From a virus (Duplodnaviria > Caudoviricetes): DNA of 64,000 nt. Location of the stretch: the IMG/VR virus record IMGVR_UViG_3300029288_000106, positions 41,264 through 105,263 of that record; one strand, 5' to 3'. A model generated the notes under the pieces. The model saw only the letters and a program-made list of their open reading frames with translations, did no database searches and was not told the origin of the DNA. Of the stretch, positions 18,791 through 28,983 are shown in pieces. Positions within the stretch are counted from its first letter, which is position 1, and each line of letters begins with the position of its first letter. Position numbers and translations under genes: made by a program.

Positions 18791-20520
18791 TTCTTTATAA
18801 TATCCACCACGAGAGATAAAGGACGTTTTGGATTTTGAACTCTCTCATCAAAATCTGATGTTCTAGTTACCATTCCTTTTGAATAATCAATAGCTTTAAT
18901 AACTGGAGTTCCATCCATCTTATAATATTGTAGGTATTCAATTCTTGAATCAGAAAAAAGACTTTTTTGAATCAGATAATCAACACAATCAAACCTAGGA
19001 AACCATTTATGGCCTCGAGTTCCATCTGCATTTACACCTCCTACTGGATCAAATACAACATCCCCATTCTCATTTTTTACTGATCGATTTTGATAAATAT
19101 CACAACCATAATCAGGTAGAGATAATCTAAATAATCCTCCAGGCCGAAGAACTCTATATATTTCATCCATAACAGCTATTAATTTTGGATTAAAACAAAT
19201 ATGTTCAAAAACATCTTCGGATTGTATTGAATCTACTGAATTATCTGGTAGAGGAATTGGATCAGTAATATCATGATGAATACTTGTGCATGAACTCTCT
19301 TCTAATGTAAGTCCGATTAAATTATCATATTCTGGAAGAAGAGGAACAGTTCCAATATAAAGATGGATATCTTTTTTCTGTTTTATAGCAGACCAAGATA
19401 AAACAGGAAGTTTAGACCATGAATTTAAAGCCTCACAAATACAATTAATTTCATCGTCTGACATTTCAGGATAAAGAGGAAGGGTAAGGATTTGATTGCA
19501 AATTTTTTCAGTATTTACTAAATTATCACTTCCTTTTATTCTATTCAAATAGCCAGATTGAAGATGAACAGGAATAGGATAATGAATAGCAACCCCAATA
19601 TTGCAAGATTTTAGAAAGTCTATTAATTTACTCCTAGAATTACAGATATCTCTTACAACGCAGAGATGCCAAACGGGCTCAGAAAGAATATCCACTTTCT
19701 GAGGAAGTAATTTTTTAGGATCAAGAAATTTAGAATATTTATAAACTATATTTCTTCTTTTTCCATTATCTTCACTTAAATAAGTAAGTTTTGCATTAAG
19801 TACAGCAGCCTGAATTTCATCCATTCGAGAATTCCAACCAGGAAATAAACTATTTTGTTTTTCTTGCCATCCATATTGTCTTAAGCTTATTAGTTGTTTA
19901 AAAACTTCTTGATCTTTAGTAACCACAGCTCCAGCATCACCTAAAGCACCTAAATTCTTAGTAGGATAAAAACTAAAAGCCCCGGCATCCCCAAATGATC
20001 CAACTCGTCTACCATTGTATGAAGCACCATGAGCTTGACAACAATCTTCCACAACTTTTAAATTCAATCTTGAAGCAATAGCACAAACAGCTTCAATTTT
20101 ACAGGGTTGGCCATACAAATGAACAGGAATAATTGCTTTTGTCTTAGGACTAACTGCATTTTCTATTTTATTTGGATCAATAGTAAGTGTATGTTCTTCT
20201 ATATCTACAAAAACAGGAATTGCTCCAATCATTTCAATTGCAGCAACTGTAGCTACAGAAGTATGAGATACAGTTATAACTTCATCGCCGGAACAAACTC
20301 CCACAGCTTTTAAAGCAAGGGCTAAAGCTTCTGTTCCATTACTTACACCAACACAATAATTAGTGTTACAGTAATTTGCAAATCTTTCCTCAAATATTTT
20401 TACTTCTTCTCCCAGAATATACCAGCCACTATTCAAGACTTTATCAATTCGAGAATTAATAATATCCCTGTACTTATCAAAACTTGCTTTTGGACAAACA
20501 ACTGGAATAACTTTATCCAT
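18787..20520 (-). CDS. DegT/DnrJ/FdtB sugar aminotransferase fused to a class I SAM methyltransferase domain
   Basis: SGWYILG, NGTEAL, PVHLYGQ, EDCCQAHG, SFYPTKNLGALGDAG; C-terminal LPDNSVD..EDVFEHI..EIYRVLRPGG. Confidence 0.9.
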   Translation of the reverse strand: MDKVIPVVCPKASFDKYRDIINSRIDKVLNSGWYILGEEVKIFEERFANYCNTNYCVGVSNGTEALALALKAVGVCSGDEVITVSHTSVATVAAIEMIGAIPVFVDIEEHTLTIDPNKIENAVSPKTKAIIPVHLYGQPCKIEAVCAIASRLNLKVVEDCCQAHGASYNGRRVGSFGDAGAFSFYPTKNLGALGDAGAVVTKDQEVFKQLISLRQYGWQEKQNSLFPGWNSRMDEIQAAVLNAKLTYLSEDNGKRRNIVYKYSKFLDPKKLLPQKVDILSEPVWHLCVVRDICNSRSKLIDFLKSCNIGVAIHYPIPVHLQSGYLNRIKGSDNLVNTEKICNQILTLPLYPEMSDDEINCICEALNSWSKLPVLSWSAIKQKKDIHLYIGTVPLLPEYDNLIGLTLEESSCTSIHHDITDPIPLPDNSVDSIQSEDVFEHICFNPKLIAVMDEIYRVLRPGGLFRLSLPDYGCDIYQNRSVKNENGDVVFDPVGGVNADGTRGHKWFPRFDCVDYLIQKSLFSDSRIEYLQYYKMDGTPVIKAIDYSKGMVTRTSDFDERVQNPKRPLSLVVDIIKK

Positions 20521-20905
20521 TTTTATTTCCTATCATTTCTTCAAATGTCAAGTAGTCGTTAGAATCATATGAATGTGAAGCAACAACTAACAAAATTGAG
20601 TCTTCTTCAGCAAAAATTTCCTTTGTCCATACAAAAGTATCAACAAATAACGATTGTCCTCTTTCCAAGCATACCACATTATTTGATTGATTAGTTTGTT
20701 TGATTTCAATCTCAATCTTTCCACTTATACAAATATAAAACTGTTTACATAATTTATGAGCATGACCTCCTCGAGTATGTCCTTGAGGCACATTTTTTAT
20801 TATGAAAATTCTCTTTGGAATAAAAGGGATATTCGAGAATTCAATTGGAATAAGATCTCCTCCTCGAATACTATCTTGCAAGATCGGAAAAGTATGTATA
20901 TTCAT
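20513..20905 (-). CDS. FdtA/QdtA-family dTDP-4-keto-6-deoxyhexose 3,4-ketoisomerase (cupin)
   Basis: IPF.PKRIF, RGGHAHK..Q, LLVVAS..YD.NDY. Confidence 0.85.
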   Translation of the reverse strand: MNIHTFPILQDSIRGGDLIPIEFSNIPFIPKRIFIIKNVPQGHTRGGHAHKLCKQFYICISGKIEIEIKQTNQSNNVVCLERGQSLFVDTFVWTKEIFAEEDSILLVVASHSYDSNDYLTFEEMIGNKNG

Positions 20906-20920
20906 ATTATCATTCCTTAT

Positions 20921-22264
20921 CTAAACACGTTTTTGAAACATTTCTCTCCATGTTCCTTCTAGTAGTAATACCATCTCTGTTACTTCTTGATCAGACATTG
21001 CTGAAAAATTAACTTTATATTCTCTTCCTGAATGAAAGAAAATATCATAAAAGTCTCTGTGACTCTTTATCCTATGCTTTGCAAGTATGTAATCATAAAG
21101 AGGAGAACCAGGATATGGACAAGTATAAGTACAAGCAAATTGAATTCGAGGATCTATTTTAAGAATTGTTTTCAATAGTTCAAGTGAAGCTTTTGCATCA
21201 GCTTTTGTTTCAGTCAACTGACCTACCATAATGCTTGTAGTAACAAAAATTCCTATTCGAGCTAATCTTTTAATAACACTAACAACCATTTCTGTAGTAT
21301 AATTTTTTCCTATCGTTTGTAATATTCGATCTGATCCAGATTCAATACCAATACCTATAACTCTACAACCCGAATTTTTCATATCAATAAGTGTTGAATC
21401 ATCCATCCTTGACAATATATCAATTCGAGAAGATACTGAATAACCTACTTTTCTATCTAAATTTTCTATTCCTTTAACAATTTGCTTTGCTCGATTTGGA
21501 GAACACAAAACTGTATCATCAGAAAAGTACAAAACATTGCCATCAAATCTCTTCAAAGCATCTGATGCTTCTTCCATCATTATATTAACTGGCCTATAAC
21601 GAGGTTTACTGTGATGGTAACAAAAATTACAATTATATGGGCATCCTCTTCCTCCATGAACATTTATAACTCTATCTGCTTCATCCCAATGCCATTGAGT
21701 ATTTCTATAGTATTTTCCAATTGGTAACCATTTTTCAGCTGGAAACAAATCATACTGAACAGGCGGAAGTTTAGTAAGATCTTCAATATAATCTCCCACT
21801 CCTGTATTTGTAAATTTATTTCCTTCTTTTATTACAAGTCCTTTAATATCAAATATACTGTTATTTCTGCGTAAAGCTTTTACAATTCGATCAAGAGTAA
21901 TTTCTCCTTCGCCAATCACTCCTATATCAGCACCTGTAATTTCAATAGCAAATTCAGGAATAGGTGAAACCATCTGGCCACCAACAATAATTGGAAAATC
22001 TCTTCCTGCCTTATTCAACATTTCAATCATTTCTCTATTTTGTTTCAACTCAGGATATAAACTTCCAAATCCAACAACAAGGGGTTTTAATAACATAATC
22101 TGATTAACTATATTTTGTAAATTACCTTCTTTAAAGAATACTCTTACATCTTCTCCTTGTGCTATTAGATAACTAGCTAAATAAGGATAAGATAAAGGAA
22201 AAGTATAAGTAATATCACAAGATACTAAAACAACTGGTCCATTTTTGTTTTTGCTTACAATCAT
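20921..22264 (-). CDS. cobalamin-binding radical SAM enzyme (class B methylase-like)
   Basis: N-terminal B12-binding PLS..YLA, IIVGG, GEGE; RGCPYNCNFC; GIESGS; PYPGSPLY. Confidence 0.9.
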   Translation of the reverse strand: MIVSKNKNGPVVLVSCDITYTFPLSYPYLASYLIAQGEDVRVFFKEGNLQNIVNQIMLLKPLVVGFGSLYPELKQNREMIEMLNKAGRDFPIIVGGQMVSPIPEFAIEITGADIGVIGEGEITLDRIVKALRRNNSIFDIKGLVIKEGNKFTNTGVGDYIEDLTKLPPVQYDLFPAEKWLPIGKYYRNTQWHWDEADRVINVHGGRGCPYNCNFCYHHSKPRYRPVNIMMEEASDALKRFDGNVLYFSDDTVLCSPNRAKQIVKGIENLDRKVGYSVSSRIDILSRMDDSTLIDMKNSGCRVIGIGIESGSDRILQTIGKNYTTEMVVSVIKRLARIGIFVTTSIMVGQLTETKADAKASLELLKTILKIDPRIQFACTYTCPYPGSPLYDYILAKHRIKSHRDFYDIFFHSGREYKVNFSAMSDQEVTEMVLLLEGTWREMFQKRV

Positions 22265-22267
22265 ATT

Positions 22268-22972
22268 TTAAACTTTCTTAAACAGATACGAGGCGTGGTA
22301 TTCATCATTTTTTACATCTACTACATATTCTACTTTATCTACTAATTCAAGTTTATTCAATTTAAACATCTCAAGCAGCTCGTTTTCATTATAATGAATT
22401 TCAAAAACCGGAACTTCATAAGCAAGCTTCTTTAAATATTGAGTAGGTTTAGATTTACAAGCTATTGATCTATGTAATATTACATATTGTTTTGATACTC
22501 TAGTTGCTTCAGAAATATGCTGAAGTGCATTAGAAACATGAATAAGTATACTTCCTAGAATAACAAAATCAAATTCATTATCGGAAAATGGAAGATTTGC
22601 TCCGTCAGCAACAATAAAATTAGCAGTTGAATAATATTCTTTAGCTTTTTGAATCATTGCTTCTGAATAATCTACACCGGTATATTTAAGCTTTGTTTGA
22701 AAAAGTATAGATAATACCTCATAGTAATATCCAGTAGAACACCCGGTTTCAAGAATTGAAGAATCTTGAGTAAAATTTCCTTTTCTCAAGAAATCTTGCA
22801 CAATTGTAAATAATATATTTGGTTGATTTTTGTGTGCTTCTTGAATTGCTTGATCTGCAAGTACCCGCTGTCGCAATGGTATGTTCTGATTTTTCCATCC
22901 ATCTAACAAATCAAGAGGTATATTAGTTGGTTTAATTGAAGTATGTCCTGATGAAACTTTTTTCATATCCAT
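22268..22972 (-). CDS. class I SAM-dependent methyltransferase
   Basis: ILETGCSTG, GVDYS..MI, LPFSDNEFD. Confidence 0.85.
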   Translation of the reverse strand: MDMKKVSSGHTSIKPTNIPLDLLDGWKNQNIPLRQRVLADQAIQEAHKNQPNILFTIVQDFLRKGNFTQDSSILETGCSTGYYYEVLSILFQTKLKYTGVDYSEAMIQKAKEYYSTANFIVADGANLPFSDNEFDFVILGSILIHVSNALQHISEATRVSKQYVILHRSIACKSKPTQYLKKLAYEVPVFEIHYNENELLEMFKLNKLELVDKVEYVVDVKNDEYHASYLFKKV

Positions 22973-22973
22973 G

Positions 22974-23819
22974 TTATTTCCTTTGACCAATTATATATGT
23001 TAAAAGATTTCCGTATTGTGCTACTGGTATTGATTTCCAAGTATATTGACTATTCTTTGTAATTAAATTGGAAAAATATGTTTTATTATCATAACCATAC
23101 CATTCATCTTGATAACCAAGAAGAACATATTTAGTAGATTGAAAAACTTTCTTAAAAATCTCATCTCGAAGATCAAATGGACTTTCTGATATTGACCATA
23201 ATGCTATGAATAAACTATTTTCTGCAATCAATATTTCAGATGTTTGATTTCTATCCCACAAAAAATTTATATCTTTATCTTTTTGATAATGATTAAAAGA
23301 ACTTGTTTTATCTAATGTTGAACTTAAGTAATATTCTTGAAGAGCTAAAACTTCTGGAAGATCAAATATTGTATAATTTCCACAAAATCCAAATTTAAAA
23401 ATCAATTTGCAGAGCATTCCAAAACCACCACCAAACTCAAAAATAGTTTGAAGAGTATTAAAATCAAGGCCTGTTTCAACTATAAGTGTAGCAAGATGAC
23501 AAGCATGATTTACACTATTTCCACATGATTCTGACAATGGTGGATATGAAAGAGGATTACCAACTGATGATCTCGTGAGAATTGATTGTATTTTAGGCCA
23601 AAATGAAAGGGTTTTTAGAAATTGTACTGCATTTTCAGATGGCTCATATGTCATTCGTCCTACAATTACTTGCCAATTCAAAAAATTATCTATATTATCA
23701 GTTAGAATATGCTTTATAAGTTTGAGTCTGTTTTCATTCCATGTATTTGAAATTAGAAGGTTAGAATAAACATCTTGAACTCTTCTTTTCAATTTTTCTT
23801 TTAATTCATTTTGATTCAT
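22974..23819 (-). CDS. putative sugar O-methyltransferase
   Basis: FEFGGGFG, IFDLPEV..LQ.YYL, WSISE.P. Confidence 0.75.
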   Translation of the reverse strand: MNQNELKEKLKRRVQDVYSNLLISNTWNENRLKLIKHILTDNIDNFLNWQVIVGRMTYEPSENAVQFLKTLSFWPKIQSILTRSSVGNPLSYPPLSESCGNSVNHACHLATLIVETGLDFNTLQTIFEFGGGFGMLCKLIFKFGFCGNYTIFDLPEVLALQEYYLSSTLDKTSSFNHYQKDKDINFLWDRNQTSEILIAENSLFIALWSISESPFDLRDEIFKKVFQSTKYVLLGYQDEWYGYDNKTYFSNLITKNSQYTWKSIPVAQYGNLLTYIIGQRK

Positions 23820-24640
23820 TTTAGTCTAATCTTTCCTTGTAAACAACAATTTGTAAAACTATGTTTGCATTCATCGGTATTAAAAACAGCTTGTGTTTCA
23901 TCAGTAAATAAATGTTTGAATTCTAAAACAACACTCATCATAGCTTTTCCGTTTAGTCCTTTTCTTTGATTAGTTAAGTACATTCCACCCTCAGAAAATC
24001 TATGCCAATAAAAAGTATTAGGCAGTATAGCTATTCTTGATCCAGTTGCAAGCTGTCTAAACCCAAATGACCAACTACCCATTACATTTCCTTCTGGATA
24101 TCTACCAGCTTTTTCATAACTTTCTCTAGTAAATAAATAATTACCTGACGCAGGAGGAGTTTTTCCTCCTTCTTTTCCTATCATACAAGCAAGATCAACA
24201 ATATTATTTGGAGCTTTGAAAAACCACGAATTAAGATGACTATACTGACTGTTTATATTTTTGAAAAACCTCAACTCTTCAAAACAAGCAGCTTCACATT
24301 TTGTATTATCAAGATGTTCAATTAACTTATTAACCGAATCCGGCACAAGTACGTTATCTGTATCAAGGCAAAAGAAAAGATCACCTTGAGCATGAGATAC
24401 AGAAAGATTATTTGCAATACATTCTCCTCCTGATTCATCACGATAATAAGCATGAAAATTATCAACTGCATCATCCCATTTTCTCAATATTTGCTTTGTC
24501 TTTTCATCAGTTGATGCATCATCTGTACATATAACTTCAAAAGGAATAGATAAATGCTGTTTATAAATTGAAACTAAAGCCTCTTCTATTATATCTGCAT
24601 AGTTGTAACAAGGAAGAATAAAAGATAAAAAATGCTTCAT
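23816..24640 (-). CDS. GT2 glycosyltransferase
   Basis: SFILPCYN, DDASTD, LDTD. Confidence 0.85.
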   Translation of the reverse strand: MKHFLSFILPCYNYADIIEEALVSIYKQHLSIPFEVICTDDASTDEKTKQILRKWDDAVDNFHAYYRDESGGECIANNLSVSHAQGDLFFCLDTDNVLVPDSVNKLIEHLDNTKCEAACFEELRFFKNINSQYSHLNSWFFKAPNNIVDLACMIGKEGGKTPPASGNYLFTRESYEKAGRYPEGNVMGSWSFGFRQLATGSRIAILPNTFYWHRFSEGGMYLTNQRKGLNGKAMMSVVLEFKHLFTDETQAVFNTDECKHSFTNCCLQGKIRLK

Positions 24641-24642
24641 AA

Positions 24643-25506
24643 TTACCTCAGTAATTCTAATTCTTTCAAAATATACTTGCACCAATTTCCATCAGCTAAA
24701 TTTGTATCATAAAAACTTTTTGCATTAATTCCCATCTGTAATAAAAATTCATTATCAAATTCATCTATTATTCTCTCAATCTCGTTAATAGATTTTGTAT
24801 AAAAGCTTACTTGAGACCAATCTAAAAATTTCTTGAATGGTCGATGATCAATATCACCAATTAAAAAAGGTATACACCCAAGCTGCATCGCTTCATAAAA
24901 TCTGTATGAAGCTCCACCATAACCTCTTGGACACAATGCAATATAAGATTGAAGCATCATTGAAACAAAAGCTTCTGTTCCGCCACCTCCTTGAATATTA
25001 ATATCCCGTCTATGTGCTAGTTTTTGTAGCATTTCTTTTCGTGATGGATGAGTAGTTAAGCTTCCTACAAAATTTGCTTTATATACCTTATTTTCATTAT
25101 ATCTATAAGGATGTTTAGCACAAAGAAGAGGAATATCTAAACCATCTAGAGCTGTTCTGGAACCAAGAAATACAATAGTATTACCTAAATTTATTTTTGG
25201 CTGTTCTGCATACTCATATATAGTAAAAGTTTTTGAACTATCTATTATACTTCTATTTGCTTCTGCTTGTAATTTATCTAAATCTACTGTTCCAAATTTA
25301 TGATTTACCAGCCAATGAGTCCAGAGAATGGGCAGATAATGCCAATCTGCCTCTGCAGGATCTGGTGTGATTAAATTATGATGGTTTTGTAAATAGGAAA
25401 GAAACAGCTCTTCTGCATCTTTAAACCCTTTATTATGAGCTGGATATGTAACCGAAATAGTTGATGGCTGAAATTCAGATTTTACTGGTAGTATATAAAT
25501 TTTCAT
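24643..25506 (-). CDS. exostosin-like (GT47) glycosyltransferase
   Basis: FVGS..TH..R, LCPRGYG..SYRFYEAMQLGCIP. Confidence 0.8.
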   Translation of the reverse strand: MKIYILPVKSEFQPSTISVTYPAHNKGFKDAEELFLSYLQNHHNLITPDPAEADWHYLPILWTHWLVNHKFGTVDLDKLQAEANRSIIDSSKTFTIYEYAEQPKINLGNTIVFLGSRTALDGLDIPLLCAKHPYRYNENKVYKANFVGSLTTHPSRKEMLQKLAHRRDINIQGGGGTEAFVSMMLQSYIALCPRGYGGASYRFYEAMQLGCIPFLIGDIDHRPFKKFLDWSQVSFYTKSINEIERIIDEFDNEFLLQMGINAKSFYDTNLADGNWCKYILKELELLR

Positions 25507-26204
25507 TTAATTTTCCCTTCAAATACATCTAGAGAAAGAGCCGCCACAAAAATTGAATATTCAAAATTCTCGTCAGATGCTTGTAGATTATTTTTTAGTA
25601 TAAAATGAGTTTTCTCAACCTTCAAAATATGATAATCTTTACTTCGAAGAATTGAATGAATTTCAGCTAGTGTGGTATGTGAATCAATATACGTTCCACC
25701 ATATTCAAATTCAATAAAATCAATTGCTTTGTTGTTAAGAAGACTATAGGCTCCTTTTATTATATCAAATTCACTTCCTTCAGCATCAATTTTCAAGTAA
25801 TTGATTTTTGGAATTTTTCGTATTTCACAGTATCTTTCTACAGTAATTGCTGGAACATCAATAGGGGTATTTGGTAAACCAATATTGTATTTTGTTTCTG
25901 CATCAAATCGTCTGTATGTTGTATTTAGAGTAAGATTTTGTGGATAAATATAAAAAGGTCTTATTCCAATCAAATCACTCACCAAAACTTGAGAAATAAA
26001 AATTTCTGGGTAAGAAATAAATTTATTTTTCAGAACAGAAAAACAAATAGGGTTAGGCTCGAATAAGTGGATTTGACCAGCATTTTTATCTACTACTAAT
26101 TCAGTCCAATCACCTTGGTAAGCTCCAATATCAAAAACAATATCTCCCGATCTAATACAAGTATCTATTAATTTTTTTTCTTTTGCTACTTCAAATAAAC
26201 TCAT
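25503..26204 (-). CDS. FkbM-family methyltransferase
   Basis: FDIGAYQG, FEPNP, LKIDAEGSE. Confidence 0.9.
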   Translation of the reverse strand: MSLFEVAKEKKLIDTCIRSGDIVFDIGAYQGDWTELVVDKNAGQIHLFEPNPICFSVLKNKFISYPEIFISQVLVSDLIGIRPFYIYPQNLTLNTTYRRFDAETKYNIGLPNTPIDVPAITVERYCEIRKIPKINYLKIDAEGSEFDIIKGAYSLLNNKAIDFIEFEYGGTYIDSHTTLAEIHSILRSKDYHILKVEKTHFILKNNLQASDENFEYSIFVAALSLDVFEGKIK

Positions 26205-26205
26205 T

Positions 26206-27030
26206 TCAATACCTCTCATCTCTTAATACTGTATGACTGTTCCACGGATCATATGAAATTAATTTTTGCTGGGATAAACGAGGACGAAAGAACTCTTTTC
26301 CTTGTGTACTTAGCATACTAGCTACAAAAGAAAAAGAACTGTTTGATATAAGATGAATATTACATTGAGTTAATGTATAGAAATCTGGATAAAAAGAAGC
26401 TTCGGGTAATTTAATATCTTCTGTAGTAATAGGATTGTATTTTTTGAAATCACTTTTTACCTTATCTAGTTCATCACTTGCTATAAATAAAACTGGCTTA
26501 TCTAACTTTTCCCAGTTTTCATCTAACCAGCGTAAGTACCATATACTTGGAGCAACGAAAAAACACTTAGCAGAATCTCTTGTAAACGTTCCATAATCTC
26601 CTCGTCTTAAATGACATCCTATAATAGTATTTCCTTTAGTCCTAAGAATATTAATCGTCTTTCCCACAACTGATACTATTTTTGAGGTTGGATTAAAAAG
26701 TTTTCTAAAATAAGCTTGGTGCTGAGCATAGAAAGATGTATGATACTGAAAATATCCAATTATATCTATATTTCCTCGAGGATTTTTATTTCCTGCTATG
26801 GTTGATTTAGAAGCATCATATAGATGATTATTTAAACTATCGTTAACAAGTGGAAGAAATTGATCAATTGAAGGATCATTATGCCCAAACAAATACTGGC
26901 CTATCCAAGGTGGTACTTGATAGTCAAAATTATTTATTGCTACATATATTCGAAGAAAAGCATACTGAAATACTTGATTTGCAAATCTACCCCAGTGTCC
27001 TAATTTTGACATTGTAATAATTGGCTTCAT
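26206..27030 (-). CDS. GT11 alpha-1,2-fucosyltransferase-like protein
   Basis: GRFANQVFQYA, GYFQ, HLRRGDY, NSSFS. Confidence 0.85.
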   Translation of the reverse strand: MKPIITMSKLGHWGRFANQVFQYAFLRIYVAINNFDYQVPPWIGQYLFGHNDPSIDQFLPLVNDSLNNHLYDASKSTIAGNKNPRGNIDIIGYFQYHTSFYAQHQAYFRKLFNPTSKIVSVVGKTINILRTKGNTIIGCHLRRGDYGTFTRDSAKCFFVAPSIWYLRWLDENWEKLDKPVLFIASDELDKVKSDFKKYNPITTEDIKLPEASFYPDFYTLTQCNIHLISNSSFSFVASMLSTQGKEFFRPRLSQQKLISYDPWNSHTVLRDERY

Positions 27031-27653
27031 ATTTTTTCTTTCACATAAAAAGCATCACCCCAAGAAGAACATACTCTCTTTTCTTCTCTACAAACAAAGT
27101 TAAACTGAGCTAAAAATTTATCTAATTGCGTTTTGAGCACACATCCTTCATACATTTCTTCATAATTAACTTCTGTATTAATAGCATCGATATGATTTTC
27201 TAACAGATTAATAGCTCCTTGAAATGCAAGTAACTCTGCTCCTTGAATATCAATGTTAATAAAATTAAAATTGCTTGGAGCTCTGATTTTGAAAAATGTA
27301 TCTAATGTAATACAAGGAACAGTAATAATTTTTGTTTCAACAATATTAGGATATACCACTTTATGATACTTTAATGGAAGAATTGAACTACTCTGATCCA
27401 TCGATGTTACGTGAAATTTACATTCTCCTACGTAATTTGATATTGCACATTGAACTGCTTTTATATTTCCTGTGCTTTGAATTTTCTCAACTAGTCTCTG
27501 ATATACATCAGGATTAGCTTCGAACAAAACAATTTCTGGTATATTCATAGCTAAATAAATTGAGCACTCTTGTCCTTCATGAGCACCAATATGAATAACA
27601 CCTTTTTTTAATATTTTATACTTTTCATATAATTTTGGTAAATCAAAATACAT
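27027..27653 (-). CDS. FkbM-family methyltransferase
   Basis: IHIGAHEGQE, FEANP, SSSIL, IDIQGAEL, WGDAFY. Confidence 0.9.
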   Translation of the reverse strand: MYFDLPKLYEKYKILKKGVIHIGAHEGQECSIYLAMNIPEIVLFEANPDVYQRLVEKIQSTGNIKAVQCAISNYVGECKFHVTSMDQSSSILPLKYHKVVYPNIVETKIITVPCITLDTFFKIRAPSNFNFINIDIQGAELLAFQGAINLLENHIDAINTEVNYEEMYEGCVLKTQLDKFLAQFNFVCREEKRVCSSWGDAFYVKEKI

Positions 27654-27655
27654 AG

Positions 27656-28303
27656 TTAATTCCATCCCCAAATAAGATTATTCTTCTCTCTAAATATTTT
27701 GAGTTCAATATCTTGAGTTTTTCTAATCCTTGCATCTACATAAGTTAAATCTCTAAAAGTGGGCTTTTCAATTGTACATAATGAATCGATGTACAAAAAT
27801 TTCTTTTTTTCTTGCTGTTCAAGTTTTTTGCAGAACTCTGATATTTCTTGACAAGCAAAATGAAAGTATCCTGGATAATATAATTGTTTATTAGGATATC
27901 GAGATAAGAAAGTACTTCCTATCAACGGAATGGCTGTACACGAGCCTATTCCTTTAAAACTGAATGCAAATACACCATCATCATCAGGAAACTCTTCTTC
28001 AAATATTTTTACTGCCCTTTCAATTGAACCAGGATTAAACCAAATACTATCTGTTGCACAAATTACATTTCCTTCAATACATGAAAGATACTTATTTCTA
28101 CAAACAACTGTTCCACTATGTGGCTGAACAAGTTTTACTTGTATTGGTCTAAATTTTTGTTGTGATAATACTTCATATGTTTTCATATCATCATCACACA
28201 CAACAACCACAGAGATATTTTCTTTAATAGGAATACTATTAAGCATGCTAATCAATCTATCTAATCTATTTCGTGTAGGTATTAATATTGTAACGTTTTT
28301 CAT
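27656..28303 (-). CDS. GT2-like glycosyltransferase
   Basis: ILIPTRNR, VVVCDDD. Confidence 0.7.
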   Translation of the reverse strand: MKNVTILIPTRNRLDRLISMLNSIPIKENISVVVVCDDDMKTYEVLSQQKFRPIQVKLVQPHSGTVVCRNKYLSCIEGNVICATDSIWFNPGSIERAVKIFEEEFPDDDGVFAFSFKGIGSCTAIPLIGSTFLSRYPNKQLYYPGYFHFACQEISEFCKKLEQQEKKKFLYIDSLCTIEKPTFRDLTYVDARIRKTQDIELKIFREKNNLIWGWN

Positions 28304-28983
28304 TATAACAAATTTTTATACTCAAAATCTTCTGAAACACCAATATTACAAAAATCAAACCATTTTATTCTCAATTCTTCTTTAGTTGATAATAAAGTAG
28401 CTCGAGTCTGTCTAAAACCATCTAAAGAATAATCTCTCTGTGAATCTGTGGAAAATAATATTCTATTTCTATTCTGATCTTCTGATCTGCCTCTTTGATA
28501 AGAATGATGAATATGACCAATCACACCTTCAATTTTTTTGAGCTGAGCTCGTTTATTAAGTATATCATCTTCCCAACCCCAACCAAGACATAAATTACTA
28601 TATCCACCACAATCTTCAAATTGTTTTCTTGTAAAACATACAAGCCTACCAATACAATGATTTACAGATCTGTGTTTAAAAACAGTATGTTCTTCAGACA
28701 TTTCATATGAAGAAGTAAATCCTATAAATGGATGAGCTAGCGTCGACTGATAGAATTCAAAATCAATAAACTTAAGAAATCTAACATCAACATCAATAAA
28801 AATAACCATATCTCCTTTGCTTACTCTATAACCAAGATTACGAAGCTGTCCATGTTTAAATATTTCATTGTCAGCTTGACAGGATATAATAATTTCATAG
28901 TTTGTATAATATTCTCTAATAGATTTAATTAGTCCTTTTATCTGAGTATCTCTACCACGAAATGGAACTATAAAACTAAGCAT
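28303..28983 (-). CDS. GT2/GT7 galactosyltransferase-like protein
   Basis: IVPFRGR, RNLG, FIDVD, GWGWEDD. Confidence 0.85.
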   Translation of the reverse strand: MLSFIVPFRGRDTQIKGLIKSIREYYTNYEIIISCQADNEIFKHGQLRNLGYRVSKGDMVIFIDVDVRFLKFIDFEFYQSTLAHPFIGFTSSYEMSEEHTVFKHRSVNHCIGRLVCFTRKQFEDCGGYSNLCLGWGWEDDILNKRAQLKKIEGVIGHIHHSYQRGRSEDQNRNRILFSTDSQRDYSLDGFRQTRATLLSTKEELRIKWFDFCNIGVSEDFEYKNLL

